A stretch of DNA of 64,000 bases, taken from positions 9,037,687 to 9,101,686 of the forward strand of contig NC_068988.1 in assembly GCF_001194135.2 (NCBI RefSeq), given 5' to 3'. Under the pieces are notes generated by a model. That model worked only from the letters and a program-made list of their open reading frames with translations. It did not search any database and was not told where the DNA came from. Positions 14,010-27,137 of this stretch are shown here, in pieces; the first letter of the stretch is position 1, and each line of letters opens with the position of its first letter. The translations under genes were made by a program, and so were the position numbers. Origin of the DNA: Octopus bimaculoides. Lineage: Eukaryota.

Positions 14010-14665
14010 CAAGGAGGAAAAGGAAGAGGAGGAAGGGAAGGTGACAGAAAAGATGAAGAACAAGAAGATGAAGAAGAAGTAAATGAGAAAGAGAAAAGAG
14101 GAAGAAGGCAAAGGAAAAGAAGGAAAGGGTGAAGGAGAGAAGATGCAAGAAGACTGAATGGACAAGGAAGATTATGAAGAATCAAGACAAAGAAGATGGA
14201 GGAGATGTAGGAGGAGAAGGAGGAGTAGGTGGAAGAGAAGCAGGAGTAGTAAGAGTAGGAGGAGGAAGAAAAGGAGAAGCAGGAGGAGGAGGTGGAGAAG
14301 GAAGAAGCAGATGGAGGGGAAGAAGGAAAAGGAGGTGGAGGTGAAGGAAGAAAAGGAGAAGCCAAAAGAAGAGAAGCAGGAGGAGGAGAAGGAAGAAAGG
14401 GAAAAGAAGAAGAAGAAGAAGAAGAAGAAGAATCAAGACAAAGAAGATGGAGGAGATTGAGAGGAGATGTAGGAGGAGATGTAGGAGGAGAAGGAGGAGT
14501 AGGTGGAAGAGAAGCAGGAGTAGTAAGAGTAGGAGGAAGAAAAGGAGAAGCAGAAGGAAGAGAAGCAGGAGAAGAAGAAGAAGACGAAGAAGAATTGGAA
14601 GAAGAAGAATTGGAAGTAGAAGAAGAAGAAGAAGAAGAAGAAGAAGAAGAAGAAGAAGAAGAAGC
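14010..14665. repeat. Purine-rich (GAA/GGA) tract with an internal duplication
   Basis: gaagaatcaagacaaagaagatggaggagat...gcaggagtagtaagagtaggagga occurs at about 14170 and 14428; ends in (GAA)n. Confidence 0.9.
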
Positions 14666-15140
14666 GTTGTTGGTTCTCTGTGATAATGTATGACAGACGA
14701 GTGACAAGCTGTTAATATAATTTAGGAATGATGCATCAACTAAGTCCGTCACTTATTCCTAAACCTCCAACCAAACTAAAGAATCTCGCAGCATCAGCAA
14801 ATGATGTCCCTTCTTTTCCCCGTTTCTTCTCCATTTTCTTTTTGGTTTGGGGACAGTAAATGGCACAGAGACATCAGCATGGATCCTTTTATTTCTATAA
14901 TGTGAAAAACTGGAGAAAGAACTAAAAGAGTGGTTTCAAGGATTCTGCTATTAAATTTCTTTTTTTTTAGATTCTACTCTCTCCTTTTCTGATGCCATTC
15001 TTGTATCGTCTTCTGCAGCTGGTGACTCATACAGATCCAACACTTCCAGTTCCGACCAATAACAATTAAACCCAAACCAAGAAGGGAACCACAGCCTAGA
15101 ATTTTTCTGTTTATGTTTTTATTGTGTAGCATAATAATAA

Positions 15141-15295
15141 CAGATGTGGCTGTGTGGTTAAAAAGCATGTTTCCCAAACATGTGGTCCTGGGTTCAGTCC
15201 CACTGTGCAACACCTTGGACAAGTATTTTCTATTATGACCTTGGGCCAACCAAAGCCTTGTAAGTGGATTTTGTAGAAGGAAACTGAAAGAAGTT
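15141..15295 (+). mobile_element. SINE AB, head (A) module
   Basis: gtggctgtgtggtt...gggttcagtcccactg...ccttggacaagt...ggaaactgaaagaag. Confidence 0.85.
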
Positions 15296-15469
15296 CATTT
15301 TATAACTATGTATTGATGTGTGTGCATGTATGTGTGTTAAAGTGTATCCTAGTCTAGGCGTCACAAAATGATCGTAGATGAGCATCACTGTGATACAAGC
15401 GAGGTTGTTTGTTTCCTGCATTGCAATAAAACTATGTCCAACCATAGGAAATATTGATTTCACATTTTT

Positions 15470-15666
15470 GACACAAGGCCAGCAATTTCGGGTGTGGGGT
15501 AAATTGATTACATTGACCCCAGTACTCAACTGGTGCCTATTTTATCAACCTTAAAAGGATGAGAGGCAAAGTTAAACCCGAATGAAATCTGAACTCAGAA
15601 CATAAAGACAGATGAAATACCAGTGAGCATTTTGCTTGATAAGCTACCGATTCTGCTAGCTTAGCC
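15470..15666 (-). mobile_element. SINE D, decayed
   Basis: Similarity to other D copies. Confidence 0.8.
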
Positions 15667-15984
15667 ATAGGAAATATTATCTTGCTTGGAAATAGGTGTT
15701 GGCAACAGGAAAAGCATCCAACCATAGAAAATCTACCTCGATAAACTGTCTGACCCATGCAAGCATAGAAAAGTTGTTTAATGATGATGGTGATGTATGT
15801 CTACATATTTCATACTGAAATGCATTTTGTCTGACTCTAAGGATTGTGCCAACATCAGCCAAACTTAGACTCTACCCTCTGGGGTATAAAAGCAAACAAA
15901 AAGAGGTGCACTGTATAATGTGGATGCACATACACCTAAAAATGGATGGGGTGGTCATAACTGGAACATAACTGGTATGATCAC

Positions 15985-16290
15985 ATCATCATCATCATCG
16001 TTTAATGTCTGCTTTCCATGCTAGCATGGGTTGGGACGATTTGACTGAGGACTAGTGAAACCAGATGGCTACACCAGGTTCCAATCTGATCTGGCAGAGT
16101 TTCTACAGCTGGATACTCTTCCTAATGCCAACCACTCTGAGAGTGTAGTGGGTGCTTTTACGTGCCACCGGCACGAGGGCCAGTCACACGGTACTGGCAA
16201 CGGCCATGCTCAAAAAGGTGTTTTGTACGTGCCACTTGCACGGGAGCCAGTCCAGCAGCACTGGCAACGACCTTGCTCGAATGATTTTCT
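15985..16290 (-). mobile_element. Retroposon C; other minus-strand copies at 4432-4800 (gap), 30060-30150, 32035-32290 and 47000-47055
   Basis: catcatcatcgtttaa.gtc.gctttccatgctagcatgggttgg is the reverse complement of the C tail. Confidence 0.85.
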
Positions 16291-16726
16291 AACGTCCCCA
16301 ATCTTTAATCAAAGGTATGATTACATCCTCAATCTTTNNNNNNNNNNNNNNNNNNNNNNNNNNNNNNNNNNNNNNNNNNNNNNNNNNNNNNNNNNNNNNN
16401 NNNNNNNNNNNNNNNNNNNNNNNNNNNNNNNNNNNNNNNNNNNNNNNNNNNNNNNNNNNNNNNNNNNNNNNNNNNNNNNNNNNCGTTAAAATTCTTTTTG
16501 TCATTTCTTGTTATTCTACTTCGAAGTAAATGTAATTTGCTCAATAGATAAAATTAAAAATAAACAGCTTGTATTTAATAAAATTGTAGTGTCTAGCCTA
16601 GAAGAAAACTAATTTTTATTTCTTTTTGCAAAAAAAAAAAAAAAAAATCTGTTCTTTCAAAGTCAGCACTACCATGTATGTATGATGTCAAATCTTAATG
16701 TATTACATCACGAGTAAGGAGAACAT

Positions 16727-16951
16727 AATCCTTTCTATTATAGACACAAGGCCTGGAATTTGTTGTGAGGAGGCTCGTTGATCACATCAACCCCCGCAAC
16801 ACTTGACTTGTACTTAATTTATTGACCTTCAAAAGGATGAAAGGCAAGGTCGACCCTGGCGGAATTTGAACTCAGAACATAAAGACAGATGAAATGCCTA
16901 CTGCTAAGCATTTCGCCTGGCATTCTAACGATTCTGTCACCTCACCACCTT
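16727..16951 (-). mobile_element. SINE D
   Basis: Full length, with all D motifs. Confidence 0.85.
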
Positions 16952-17067
16952 GAGTAAAGAAAATATAATGTTGAGGGCTAACCATTACAGGGACTATGCT
17001 AGGGTAACAGTTGGGTTTAGTTGGACCCATAAATACGTATGTGTGTGTGTGTGTATATATAGAAATA

Positions 17068-17449
17068 TGCTGGTACTCCATCGCTTACGACGTCGAGTGT
17101 TCCAGTTGATCCGATCAACGGAACAGCCTGCTCGTGAAATTAACGTGCAAGTGGCTGAGCACTCCACGGACACGTGTACCCTTAATGTAGTTCTCGGGGA
17201 TATTCAGCGTGACACAGTGTGACAAGGCTGACCCTTTGAATTACAGGTACAACAGAAACAGGAAGTAAGAGTGAGAGAAAATTGTGGTGAAAGAGTAGAG
17301 CAGGGTTCGCCACCATCCCCTGCCGGAGCCTCGTGGAGCTTTAGGTGTTTTCGCTCAATAAACACTCACAACGCCCGGTCTGGGAATTGAAACCGCAATC
17401 TTATGGCCGCGAGTCTGCTGCCCTAACCACTGAGCCATTGCGCCTCCAC
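17068..17449 (-). mobile_element. SINE E with tRNA-Arg-like head (possibly octopus OR1/OR2 type), CpG-rich and young-looking
   Basis: Head gtggaggcgcaatggctcagtggttagggcagcagactcgcggccataagattgcggtttcaattccc resembles tRNA-Arg(TCG); the 3' part is shared with 51130-51330. Confidence 0.8.
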
Positions 17450-19254
17450 ATATATAAACATATGTATCATGGTATTGACTGGATCATTGGATGTGGTTAT
17501 ACATCATTGGTCACAATGCGCATTACATTATCTTACCTTTCGAATGATGCCAACTTGCTGGCAAGGTGAGCAAGCCAACATTCCCCTTGATCGGAAGCCT
17601 ATCGGGAGCCTATTCCCATCATAGGGTAACCCACTTGCAGCTGAGTCGACTGAGGCAACATGAAATGAAGTGTTTTGCTCAAGAATACAACGTGCCATAC
17701 CAGTGATTGTGCCATATCTAAAGCACCTGTGCTGGTGCCACATAAAAAGCCCTCAATACACTCTGCTAAGGGGTTGACATTAGGTGGGGTATTTAGCAGT
17801 AGAAACCAAGCCGAAAACAGACTATGGAACTTGGTGTGGCCTCTGGCCTTGTTAGTTTCTTTCAAGCCATCTAACCCATACCAGCATGGAAAAATGGACG
17901 TTAAATGATGATGATGATGATGAGGGTGTGTGTATGCCCTTGCCTTGGCATCACACGACAGTTGTAAACAAGCATCATCGTCATGCAAGCGACGCTGTTT
18001 GTATTCATTTTCAGCAGAAGGGGTGGCGGGGGAGAAGGATGCTTATGAATGTCTATGATTTCTGAGAACCAGGGAGGAAGAAAGGAAGGAAGGAAGGAAA
18101 CACAGAAAGAAAGGAAGAAAGGAGTGTGTGTGTGAGTGATTGTGTGAGACAGTCTGAGAACATACTTCTGGGCTGTTGCAAGGAAGAAGAAGAAGAAAGC
18201 AGACAAAAGAATCCTAGAAGACAGGAACAAACTAAGAGGTGTTTCAATGGATTCCAACTTAACCAAAGTTGCCACATTCTTTTGAGAAGGAACCATATGC
18301 TTTCTATTTGAAGTATGACATAGAAGACTGTCGAAGGAGATCAAATTCATGACATCACTTGACAGTCAAAGAATACTTCGGAGGTGTGGGGGGAGGAGGG
18401 GGAGTGAGGTATGGNNNNNNNNNNNNNNNNNNNNNNNNNNNNNNNNNNNNNNNNNNNNNNNNNNNNNNNNNNNNNNNNNNNNNNNNNNNNNNNNNNNNNN
18501 NNNNNNNNNNNNNNNNNNNNNNNNNNNNNNNNNNNNNNNNNNNNNNNNNNNNNNNNNNNNNNNNNNNNNNNNNNNNNNNNNNNNNNNNNNNNNNNNNNNN
18601 NNNNNNNNNNNNNNNNNNNNNNNNNNNNNNNNNNNNNNNNNNNNNNNNNNNNNNNNNNNNNNNNNNNNNNNNNNNNNNNNNNNNNNNNNNNNNNNNNNNN
18701 NNNNNNNNNNNNNNNNNNNNNNNNNNNNNNNNNNNNNNNNNNNNNNNNNNNNNNNNNNNNNNNNNNNNNNNNNNNNNNNNNNNNNNNNNNNNNNNNNNNN
18801 NNNNNNNNNNNNNNNNNNNNNNNNNNNNNNNNNNNNNNNNNNNNNNNNNNNNNNNNNNNNNNNNNNNNNNNNNNNNNNNNNNNNNNNNNNNNNNNNNNNN
18901 NNNNNNNNNNNNNNNNNNNNNNNNNNNNNNNNNNNNNNNNNNNNNNNNNNNNNNNNNNNNNNNNNNNNNNNNNNNNNNNNNNNNNNNNNNNNNNNNNNNN
19001 NNNNNNNNNNNNNNNNNNNNNNNNNNNNNNNNNNNNNNNNNNNNNNNNNNNNNNNNNNNNNNNNNNNNNNNNNNNNNNNNNNNNNNNNNNNNNNNNNNNN
19101 NNNNNNNNNNNNNNNNNNNNNNNNNNNNNNNNNNNNNNNNNNNNNNNNNNNNNNNNNNNNNNNNNNNNNNNNNNNNNNNNNNNNNNNNNNNNNNNNNNNN
19201 NNNNNNNNNNNNNNNNNNNNNNNNNNNNNNNNNNNNNNNNNNTATATATATATT

Positions 19255-19658
19255 ATTCTTTTCTCTTTTACTTATGTCAGTCATTTGACTGTGGCCATGC
19301 TGTAGCAGAGTCTTAAAGGGCTTTAATCAAAGAAATTGACCTGAGGATTTATTCTTTGTAAGCCTATTACTTATTCTATCAGTCTCTTTTGCTGAACCGC
19401 TAGTTTACGGGTGTGCATAAAAACATTGACAGCGGCTGTCAAGCAATGGTAGGGGACCAAACACAGACACAAGCCCACAGACCAATAAATATATATACAA
19501 TGAGCTTCTCTCAGTTTCCGTCTACTAAATCCTCTCACAAGGCTTTGGTTAGCTCCAAGCTATAGAAGGCACTTGCTCAAGGTGCCACGCAGTGAAACTA
19601 AAACCAGAACCATGTGATTGGGCAACAAGCTTCTTACCAAATAGTCATGCCTGCGCCT
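19255..19658 (-). mobile_element. SINE AB, full length
   Basis: Both modules and the internal spacer are present. Confidence 0.85.
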
Positions 19659-19688
19659 ATGTATATATATACATGTACATATACTCAT

Positions 19689-19727
<39 letters not shown>

Positions 19728-21099
19728 GGTATAAGTTAGAGGTGTTTAAAGACACACTTCTTATTGTTATTTTTCCTCCATTTTCTTATTGTCTATACAG
19801 ACATATATACATACATATACATATATACATAAATATATATATATATATACATATATATATAACCTGTTAATTGCATTTGTATTTGTGTAACATTTCTCGT
19901 TTTTTTTTTTTTTTCCGTCCTTGTTTGCGTATACATTCGCTGCTTTCTGTCAAGGAATCTAATGCTCTTAGCTTATTTTTTTCCTTGGGGCTGGCCAGAT
20001 TGGAGCAATCTCAAGTATAACCAGCCGAAATTGCAAAGATAATCTGGAAATCGACTGAGGAAAGAAAGCTCAGATGTTTTGTTGTCCCTTTCTTGTATCA
20101 CCTAACTGTCTGGATATTTTGTGTTCTTGTCCCAGTTTTGTATTGTTTATATGCATATATAAATATATATACACATACACACACACATACATGCATATAT
20201 ATAGGCACATGGCGTAGTGGTTAATTGTGTTGTACTTATGATTATAAGATTGTGGTTTCAATTCCTGGACCAAGTGATGCATTGTGGTCTTGAGCAAAAC
20301 ACTTCATTCCACAGAATCCAAGAAACCAGCCTTATGAGCCTATGGTGAGGGAATGACCTTTGACCATTTTATATATGTATGGAAGTGGTTAGGGCCTGTG
20401 TGGGGCCCAGTTGAACTCTGTGTACAGATTTGTTTGTTACCAAAGCCATTGTTTACAATGAGTGAACGGTGACGGTTGTTTGCTGTCTTCTGTGAAAGCA
20501 TGTCCACACTTCACGACATGTTGCAAAATCTTTGTAAACAATCTCTGTAGACAATTTGAACTAAACGGTGACGGTTGTTGCCAGTCCACTGCGTAAACAT
20601 TTCCAGGATGTTCCTTGTTTTGATATAACAAAAGGGGAATTGAAAAAAAACATGGAAGATGTTTGATTAGTGATTTTTGTTTAACACTAGGTCAGTCACT
20701 ACCACTGCAATCTAGCAGAGCACTACTGATCACAGACCTTCTAACCACGACCACCTTATTTGTTTTATCTTATATACAGAAAACCCAGTACCACATGAAG
20801 CAATTATGCCACATGTTATTTTCTAGTGTGCAGTTCAAAAAAGATTTAGCTGCTGTTTCTAACAGATTCTCATGACCACCTAGAGACTCATGTTTCCTTG
20901 GTGGGGGGGAAATGTTTTAAAAGTTTAAGCACAAAAATAAATTTCATATACACTTGTGGTGTTGGATTAGAGCAGATAAACAGCGGGTAGATGGCGGGGG
21001 GGGGGGCTGCAGACATAGATTGGGTTTTGCATCTCTCACCACACTCCCCCTCTCCCACCATCTCTTTCCAGCAATTTTTCAGATAATAGATGGTTAAAA

Positions 21100-21261
21100 A
21101 AAGTAAAATGGGTGCATTTATGCATGTATGTGCGAGTTTATATATATATATATATGTGTGCGTGTGTGTATGTGTGTGTATATATATATGTGTGTGTGTG
21201 TATATATATACACGCACATATATAAACATACCCAACAAACATATATAAGCACTTGTGTACA

Positions 21262-21303
<42 letters not shown>

Positions 21304-22102
21304 TATATATATATACATATATACACGCACACACATATAATATATATACACACATGAACACATACAAAGATGTGTATAAGTTAATCACAAGAGAGAAAGG
21401 GATTTATTTATTTATAAACACCGAGTGCTGTGAGGATTTGGCCACAGAGAAGTTATTTATACCTATCGTCATCATCATAATCACCATCATCGTTATCACC
21501 ACCACCACTGCCATCATCATCATCATTTTGATTACCATCATTCCTCACCATTTCCAAAGCCACCGCCACCACAACTACTATTGTCATCATCAACATCACA
21601 ACCATGATCAGAACTACCACCACCACCACCACCTTCATCACGATAACCCTCCCCACCACTGCCATCATCATCATCATCGTCGTCACCGTCAGTAGCAGTA
21701 GCAGTATCTGTGTACATCTCCACTCTAGCAGTGGTATGGAATTCTAACTTATAAGGAACTGACTGGCGAAGCTGCTGCTTGCTTTTAAACAGATCTGTAG
21801 AGAGAGTGAGAGAGAGAGAGGAGGGGGAGAGAGTGAGAGAGAGAGAGGAGGGGGAGAGAGTGAGAGAGAGAGAGTGTGTGTGTGTTAGTAATAGGGTGGG
21901 AGAAGGGAAAGACAGAATGAAGAACTGGAGGGGAAAGAGCCGTAATCAGAAAGGAAGACAACAATATGAAGGTGTATTCGAATGAAACAGTCTCACTCTC
22001 ACCTCTGTGAGTGTGCCTGCACGACCCCCACATACACACACACACATATACAGATACACATGCATACACATATCTCTGGTTTCTTGTATGCATGTATGTA
22101 TG

Positions 22103-22180
<78 letters not shown>

Positions 22181-22452
22181 TGTATGCATACATGCATAGG
22201 TGTAGGCATATAGTACACCCACACAAGCAAATACAATATTCCCTCGTATATAAACACATTGGTATATGTATTTCTCTGCTTCTCTCTTACAAATGTGTGT
22301 GTGTGCACATACATATATATACACACACACACACACACTTAGTGAATTCTAACAGGAATAAACTGCTATATAAATATAAGATCTATACAGATAATACATT
22401 CGCAATATATAATATATAGTTCCAAAAATTGTAGGTTGTATACACATTCATT

Positions 22453-22527
<75 letters not shown>

Positions 22528-22583
22528 CATATATATATATACACACACACACATATATATACACACACACACATATACACACG

Positions 22584-22615
<32 letters not shown>

Positions 22616-22633
22616 CATAGATGCACATATACG

Positions 22634-22665
<32 letters not shown>

Positions 22666-23235
22666 CACATGGACATAAATAGGTAAAAAAAGATGGAGGA
22701 AAAAGCATTTGTATATACATTTAAACATAAACCTGATACCAGTGTGGTTATACATAACCATACACACACACACACACACACACAAACACATACACGGACA
22801 TACACATGCAGAGATATCTATATAGATAACACACACACACACACACAAGCATAGAAATACTAAGAACCTTGTTAATATGTAGGTGTTGTTGAGAAGTAAC
22901 TGTTAGCTATTGAGTAGTGGTGAGAGGTAGAGAGAGAGTGAGAGAGGAAGAAGAAGGGAGAGAGAGAGATGAAGTCAGAGAGTGACGGGGGAGAGAGACA
23001 GTAAGAGAGGAAGAAGAGGAGAGAGAAAGAGTGATGAGAGAGAGGAGATAAAGAGAGAATAAGTGTGAGAGAAAGGCAGAAAAGAGAGAGTGAGACAGAG
23101 GGCAAAAGGGAGGGAGAGAAAGAGAAGACAGAAAGAGAGAAGGGAGAAGTGGGAGAGATGGTTAGAAAAGAGTAGGAGAGAGGAGAAAGAGAGGGCAAGA
23201 AAGAGCAGAAGACGAAGGAAGACAAAGAGAAAGGG

Positions 23236-23266
<31 letters not shown>

Positions 23267-23310
23267 AAAAAAAAGAGAAAGAGAGAGAGAGAGCGAGAGA
23301 GAGAGAGAGA
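21100..23310. repeat. Block of (TA)n, (CA)n, (CAT/CAC)n and (GA)n repeats, including a 27-bp GA-rich unit repeated about 2.5 times at 21800-21872
   Basis: Read directly. Confidence 0.9.
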
Positions 23311-23789
23311 GAGGTGTTTAGTGGTTATGAAGTTTACAGGAAGGACAGGGGGTGGGATGGGGGGAGGAATGGGGTAAGGATTTTGTTTAATTTCTATAAT
23401 TTTTTTTACAGCACTTTTTTCTTTTCTTTTCTAGTTGTGTAAATTTTTATTTTCTTATTTTCATCTTCCTTGCAACACACAATCTGGCTTCCCAGTTTGT
23501 TAAAAGCTTTGATACAAAAGCAAGAAATCAGTTAAGACTCGCAGAAAAGTCTGCTGGAATGGGGAGAAGTCTTAATTTACCTTTTCTTGTTTTGTTTTTT
23601 TTTTAAATTAGAAATTTTTGTTTTGTTTTGTGTTTTGCATTGTTCCACTCATTCTATATCACCATTATCACCGACTTAGCCTTTCATCATTTCAAGACTG
23701 ATAAAGTAAATACCAGCCAAGTACTAGGATCAACGTAATTGACCTACCCTCCACCCCTGAAGTACTGGCCTGGTACCAAAATTTGAAAC

Positions 23790-23825
<36 letters not shown>

Positions 23826-23844
23826 CATTATTATTCAGCTTCAC

Positions 23845-24195
23845 CTTGCTGGAACATGTGCCGGTGGTATGTGAAAAATAACATTCGAGCGTGGTCATTG
23901 TCAGTGCTGCTGGACTGGCACCCGTGCAGGTGGCACATAAAATGCCCCGTTCAAGCATGGTCATTGCCAGTACCACACGACTGGTCCTCGTGCCAGTGGG
24001 ACGTAAAAAACACCCACTACACCCTCGGAGTGGTTGGCGTTAGGAAGGGCTTCCAGCAGTAGAAACTCTGCCAGATCAGATTGGAGCCTGGTGCAGCCTT
24101 CTGGTTCGCCAGTCCTCAGTCAAACTGTCCAACCCATGCCAGCATGGGAAGTGGACGTTAAACGCTGACAACATCGACGATGATGATGATGATTA
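23845..24195 (+). mobile_element. Retroposon C; other plus-strand copies at 3020-3255, 5575-5730, 11815-11915, 12215-12360, 15695-15795, 17720-17920, 28055-28363, 34195-34455, 42190-42418, 47405-47580, 56750-56915 and 57987-58140
   Basis: Shared 3' core and (GAT)n tail. Confidence 0.85.
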
Positions 24196-24197
24196 TG

Positions 24198-24318
24198 AAG
24201 GCAGCAAAATGGCAGAATTGTTAACATGCTGGACAAAATGCTTAGCAGTATTTCACCCATCACTATGTCCTGAGTTCAAACTCAGCCAAGATCCACTTTG
24301 CCTTTCATCCTTTTGGGT
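24198..24318 (+). mobile_element. SINE D, 5' half
   Basis: aaggcagcaaaatggcagaattgttaac...gagttcaaact...gcctttcatcc; abuts a Tx1-type 3' UTR. Confidence 0.8.
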
Positions 24319-24329
24319 AATATAAAAGG

Positions 24330-24582
24330 AGAAGGGGCTCTATACCCCTTTTTTATTTCCTAACCAGGCTCCCGTGGCTTTTATGGGTTTTTTCACGTGT
24401 AACCTTCCAAAGCGCCTCCCCCTATTGGGAGTTTTATTTGTTATATCTTTCTCCGTTTTCTTCCTCTGTTTAGACGAACGTTCCTACCTTTTCGGACAAA
24501 ACCCATAGTAACCTTCGTCCTGTCTTTGTCCTTACATGTTTTTAACTTATATTAGCCCTTGTGGCCAATAAAACAAGAATCA

Positions 24583-24616
<34 letters not shown>

Positions 24617-24625
24617 GCACCATTA
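24330..24625 (+). mobile_element. Tx1-type LINE 3' UTR fragment with (TTA)n tail
   Basis: Pyrimidine-rich segment ending tagcccttgtggccaataaaacaagaatcaa(tta)n. Confidence 0.6.
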
Positions 24626-25384
24626 TTATTTTGGCTTTACTCTCTTATTAACAATGAATGAAAGCTGGAAAGCTGAAAGGTATGGAGACAGTCTGAAGCA
24701 CGAGAGGAGGAGGTCATGGGGGGAACGGGGTAGGAATAGTGCAAATGATCTGTCTTTGTTGAAACAATTGTAAAGTCGATGACAGATAATGGAGGATGTA
24801 AAGTTTGTTGCATTAATTACAGAAAAATCGTCACCGTCATCATCGTTATTATTGTCAGCCATCATTGCGATTGTTGTTGCTGTCATCATTCGTGATGACA
24901 GATGCACTCTAAAGAAGAAAGGTGAATAAAGAAATATATGATATATGAATAAGCAAAATATGTTGTAGTGTAAACATGTTTGATATCTTTTTTCACCATG
25001 AAATTTGAGAAACAGTGACGGGACTGATCCGTGGCTGTGCGGTAAGATGTCTGCTTTCCAACCACAAAGTTACAGGTTCACTCCCACTGCATTCCTCCCT
25101 CCCACCGGCAAATGTCTTGTACTATAGCCTCAGCCCGACCAAAGCCCTGTGAATGGATTTCGTAGACACTCATGTGTTTCCCTTCCATTCCATTCCTACG
25201 CCAAATGATAACACATTGCTAAATTAAGATTCACTCGTTTTCATGGGTTAACCATTTAAACTGACCCCTCAAGATACAATTTTACCTCTCATGTAATTTC
25301 ATTAAGATAATTACTCGTTTCTCAGTCTGTTTAATTTCATTATTACCATTATTTTCGTTCCCCATACCATGTACCCTGTCACAC

Positions 25385-25505
<121 letters not shown>

Positions 25506-26213
25506 TATATATACACACAAGTGTCTTGCTGAAAGGGCACAATATGATGCCAGGAATTGAACCCACCAACCTTACAGTACTGAACCAAATACCCAAATGA
25601 CTAAGCCACGTGTCCCCCAATGTTGTAGAACTCATGACTATTGATAAAAGAAGTTCAACTGAACAAGTTCCTTGTTGTAATGAAGTCAGTGAAGTCAGAC
25701 ATGCGGTAATGGTGTCTTTATAGAGCACATGCTTCACCATTTTATTTCTTTATTTTTTTTCAGTTCCTGTCATGATGGGAACTGGTGCACACTTGTGTGC
25801 TTGCTGTTTAAACATTTACCAGAAATTTTAAATCCAGGAGGATTTTTTGTTGCACTTTATAAAAAGTAAATATACTCAATAGAAAATTGCACAACATTAC
25901 GCTATAAGACCACATAGAGTTGAACTATAGAGGCAACACTTAAGTCTGGGATGGGGAACCATTTTTAGCACTGGAGATAAAATACAAAATCACAAGCACT
26001 CATAGGGTTACATCTGTGCTATGACAAAATAGTGAGTCATTAGATTGACATATTTAATTTTACCAGTAAAGAGAACAGGTGTATAAACATCAAAGAATGA
26101 ATCCATAGCAATTAAGCAATCAATTAATAAGACGTCGTTAAACTCCAATACATTATTACATTGCAGTGAATCCAGATGAGAGAGACTTGTGCGTATATAC
26201 ATGATCAGCTAAA

Positions 26214-26450
26214 ATAACCGTTTTGCTTTTAAACAGGCCATATCCAGCCTAAATGTTCTACCTGTTTTGTGTTCAAACCAGCTAGGTTTGGCCTTTCACA
26301 CTTACCTGACAATGTCTTTCTAAAAAATAAACAATCACATTATTGAAATCTCAAAGCTATGAGATAATGCATGATTAACTTAAAACAATATGAATGAATA
26401 AATAAACATTACATTTGACAGGTTAATTAATCTGAATGCTAAAGGCTTAA
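26214..26450. mobile_element. piggyBac-like MITE (family G); decayed second copy at 4833-5030
   Basis: Right end aatgctaaaggcttaa; left end taaccgttttgctttt is a degenerate (t)taaccctttagcatt. This implies TTAA-flanked CCCTTTAGC-type TIRs. The interior is shared with 4850-5030. Confidence 0.6.
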
Positions 26451-26644
26451 ACGCAATATATTTAGAATAAAAACAGAAAAGCTTATATTTCCAAGAGAGT
26501 TCATTACTTTAGTTGCATGTACCATTTTTTTCTGAGAGTTACATATGAGGAAAACGGGTGCAAAATATATCCAGCATTGGATGTGAAACCCCCTATCTGT
26601 GAGTAGGTAGTTCATCCAGCACCTTATTTGTTCAACCATTTTTT

Positions 26645-27050
26645 TCGAGTCAAAAGAGGTCAGGTCAGGTCAGGGGTCATGTGTTGTTGCAGCTCAGTGA
26701 TGCATGACACATGTCCCAACACCCCCCAGATGGCCTGTCCTGCAGATTCCCAGTCAGTCTCCATCTTCATGAGATTATTCTTCATCTGTCATGAACAGGT
26801 GGCATGTGGTTGACCGAAATGAGCCATCCCCATCCAGATACTCAGTGAAGACAACATGGTAATCAGATTCTAACTCGGAAAATTGAGCAACATGGCCAAG
26901 AATTCTGAGCTGGCATTCCTGAATCACTTAAAGAACAGGATGTGTCCCAGTTTCCAAGTAAATGGTAAATGATCATCCTGCACAGCTTCCTTGTACCAAA
27001 GGAGTACAGATGAGCTCCTAAGGGCCCTGGACAGTGTCCAAATCTCACAA
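26645..27050 (-). mobile_element. Decayed RTE-clade LINE 3' fragment
   Basis: Minus strand CEIWTLSRALR../SFGTRKLCR../QECQLRILGHVAQF.. (RTE C-terminal motifs E.WTL and RLR..GHV), frameshifted, ending in a (CCTGA)n tail at about 26645-26665. Confidence 0.7.
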
Positions 27051-27131
27051 TTATAGATCAGGACAGGGAGGAGCAGAGACCCAAAGAAGTTAAAAGTAGG
27101 AATGGAATGGGGAAAAAAAGAACATTGTGAA

Positions 27132-27137
27132 ACTTAC
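27132..27137 (-). promoter_or_regulatory. 5' splice donor of the glypican exon
   Basis: Minus strand CCAACG|gtaagt; glypican similarity ends exactly here. Confidence 0.9.

Noticed and set aside
13961-14752. 263-aa Ser/Pro-rich ORF and Glu/Arg-rich antisense ORFs
   Set aside because: Low-complexity purine tract; no splice signals or domain
14760-15100. Protein-looking minus-strand frames (WSELEVLDLYESPAAEDD..., IYCPQTKKKMEKKRG...)
   Set aside because: Interrupted by stops, with no acceptor and no family recognised; a BLASTX would settle it
16045-16075. CTGAGGA-ctagt-GAAAC hammerhead-like core on the antisense strand of C elements; also CTGATGA...GAAAC at 10865-10893
   Set aside because: Helix II cannot form (5 nt, no G-C closure) and there is no helix III or I partner
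17370-17449. tRNA-like sequences (also 40183-40260 and 61130-61199)
   Set aside because: A and B boxes are present but the cloverleaf is incomplete and runs into SINE bodies; these are SINE heads, not tRNA genes
19870-20140. GGCTGG/CCAGCC stem with an inner AGATTG/CAATCT hairpin followed by GAAA
   Set aside because: Structured and probably a repeat end, but no correctly placed CUGANGA and no second copy in the window, so it is left unclassified
20466-20580. 16-nt direct repeat AACGGTGACGGTTGTT about 99 bp apart
   Set aside because: Only two copies and no further structure; probably part of an unrecognised old element
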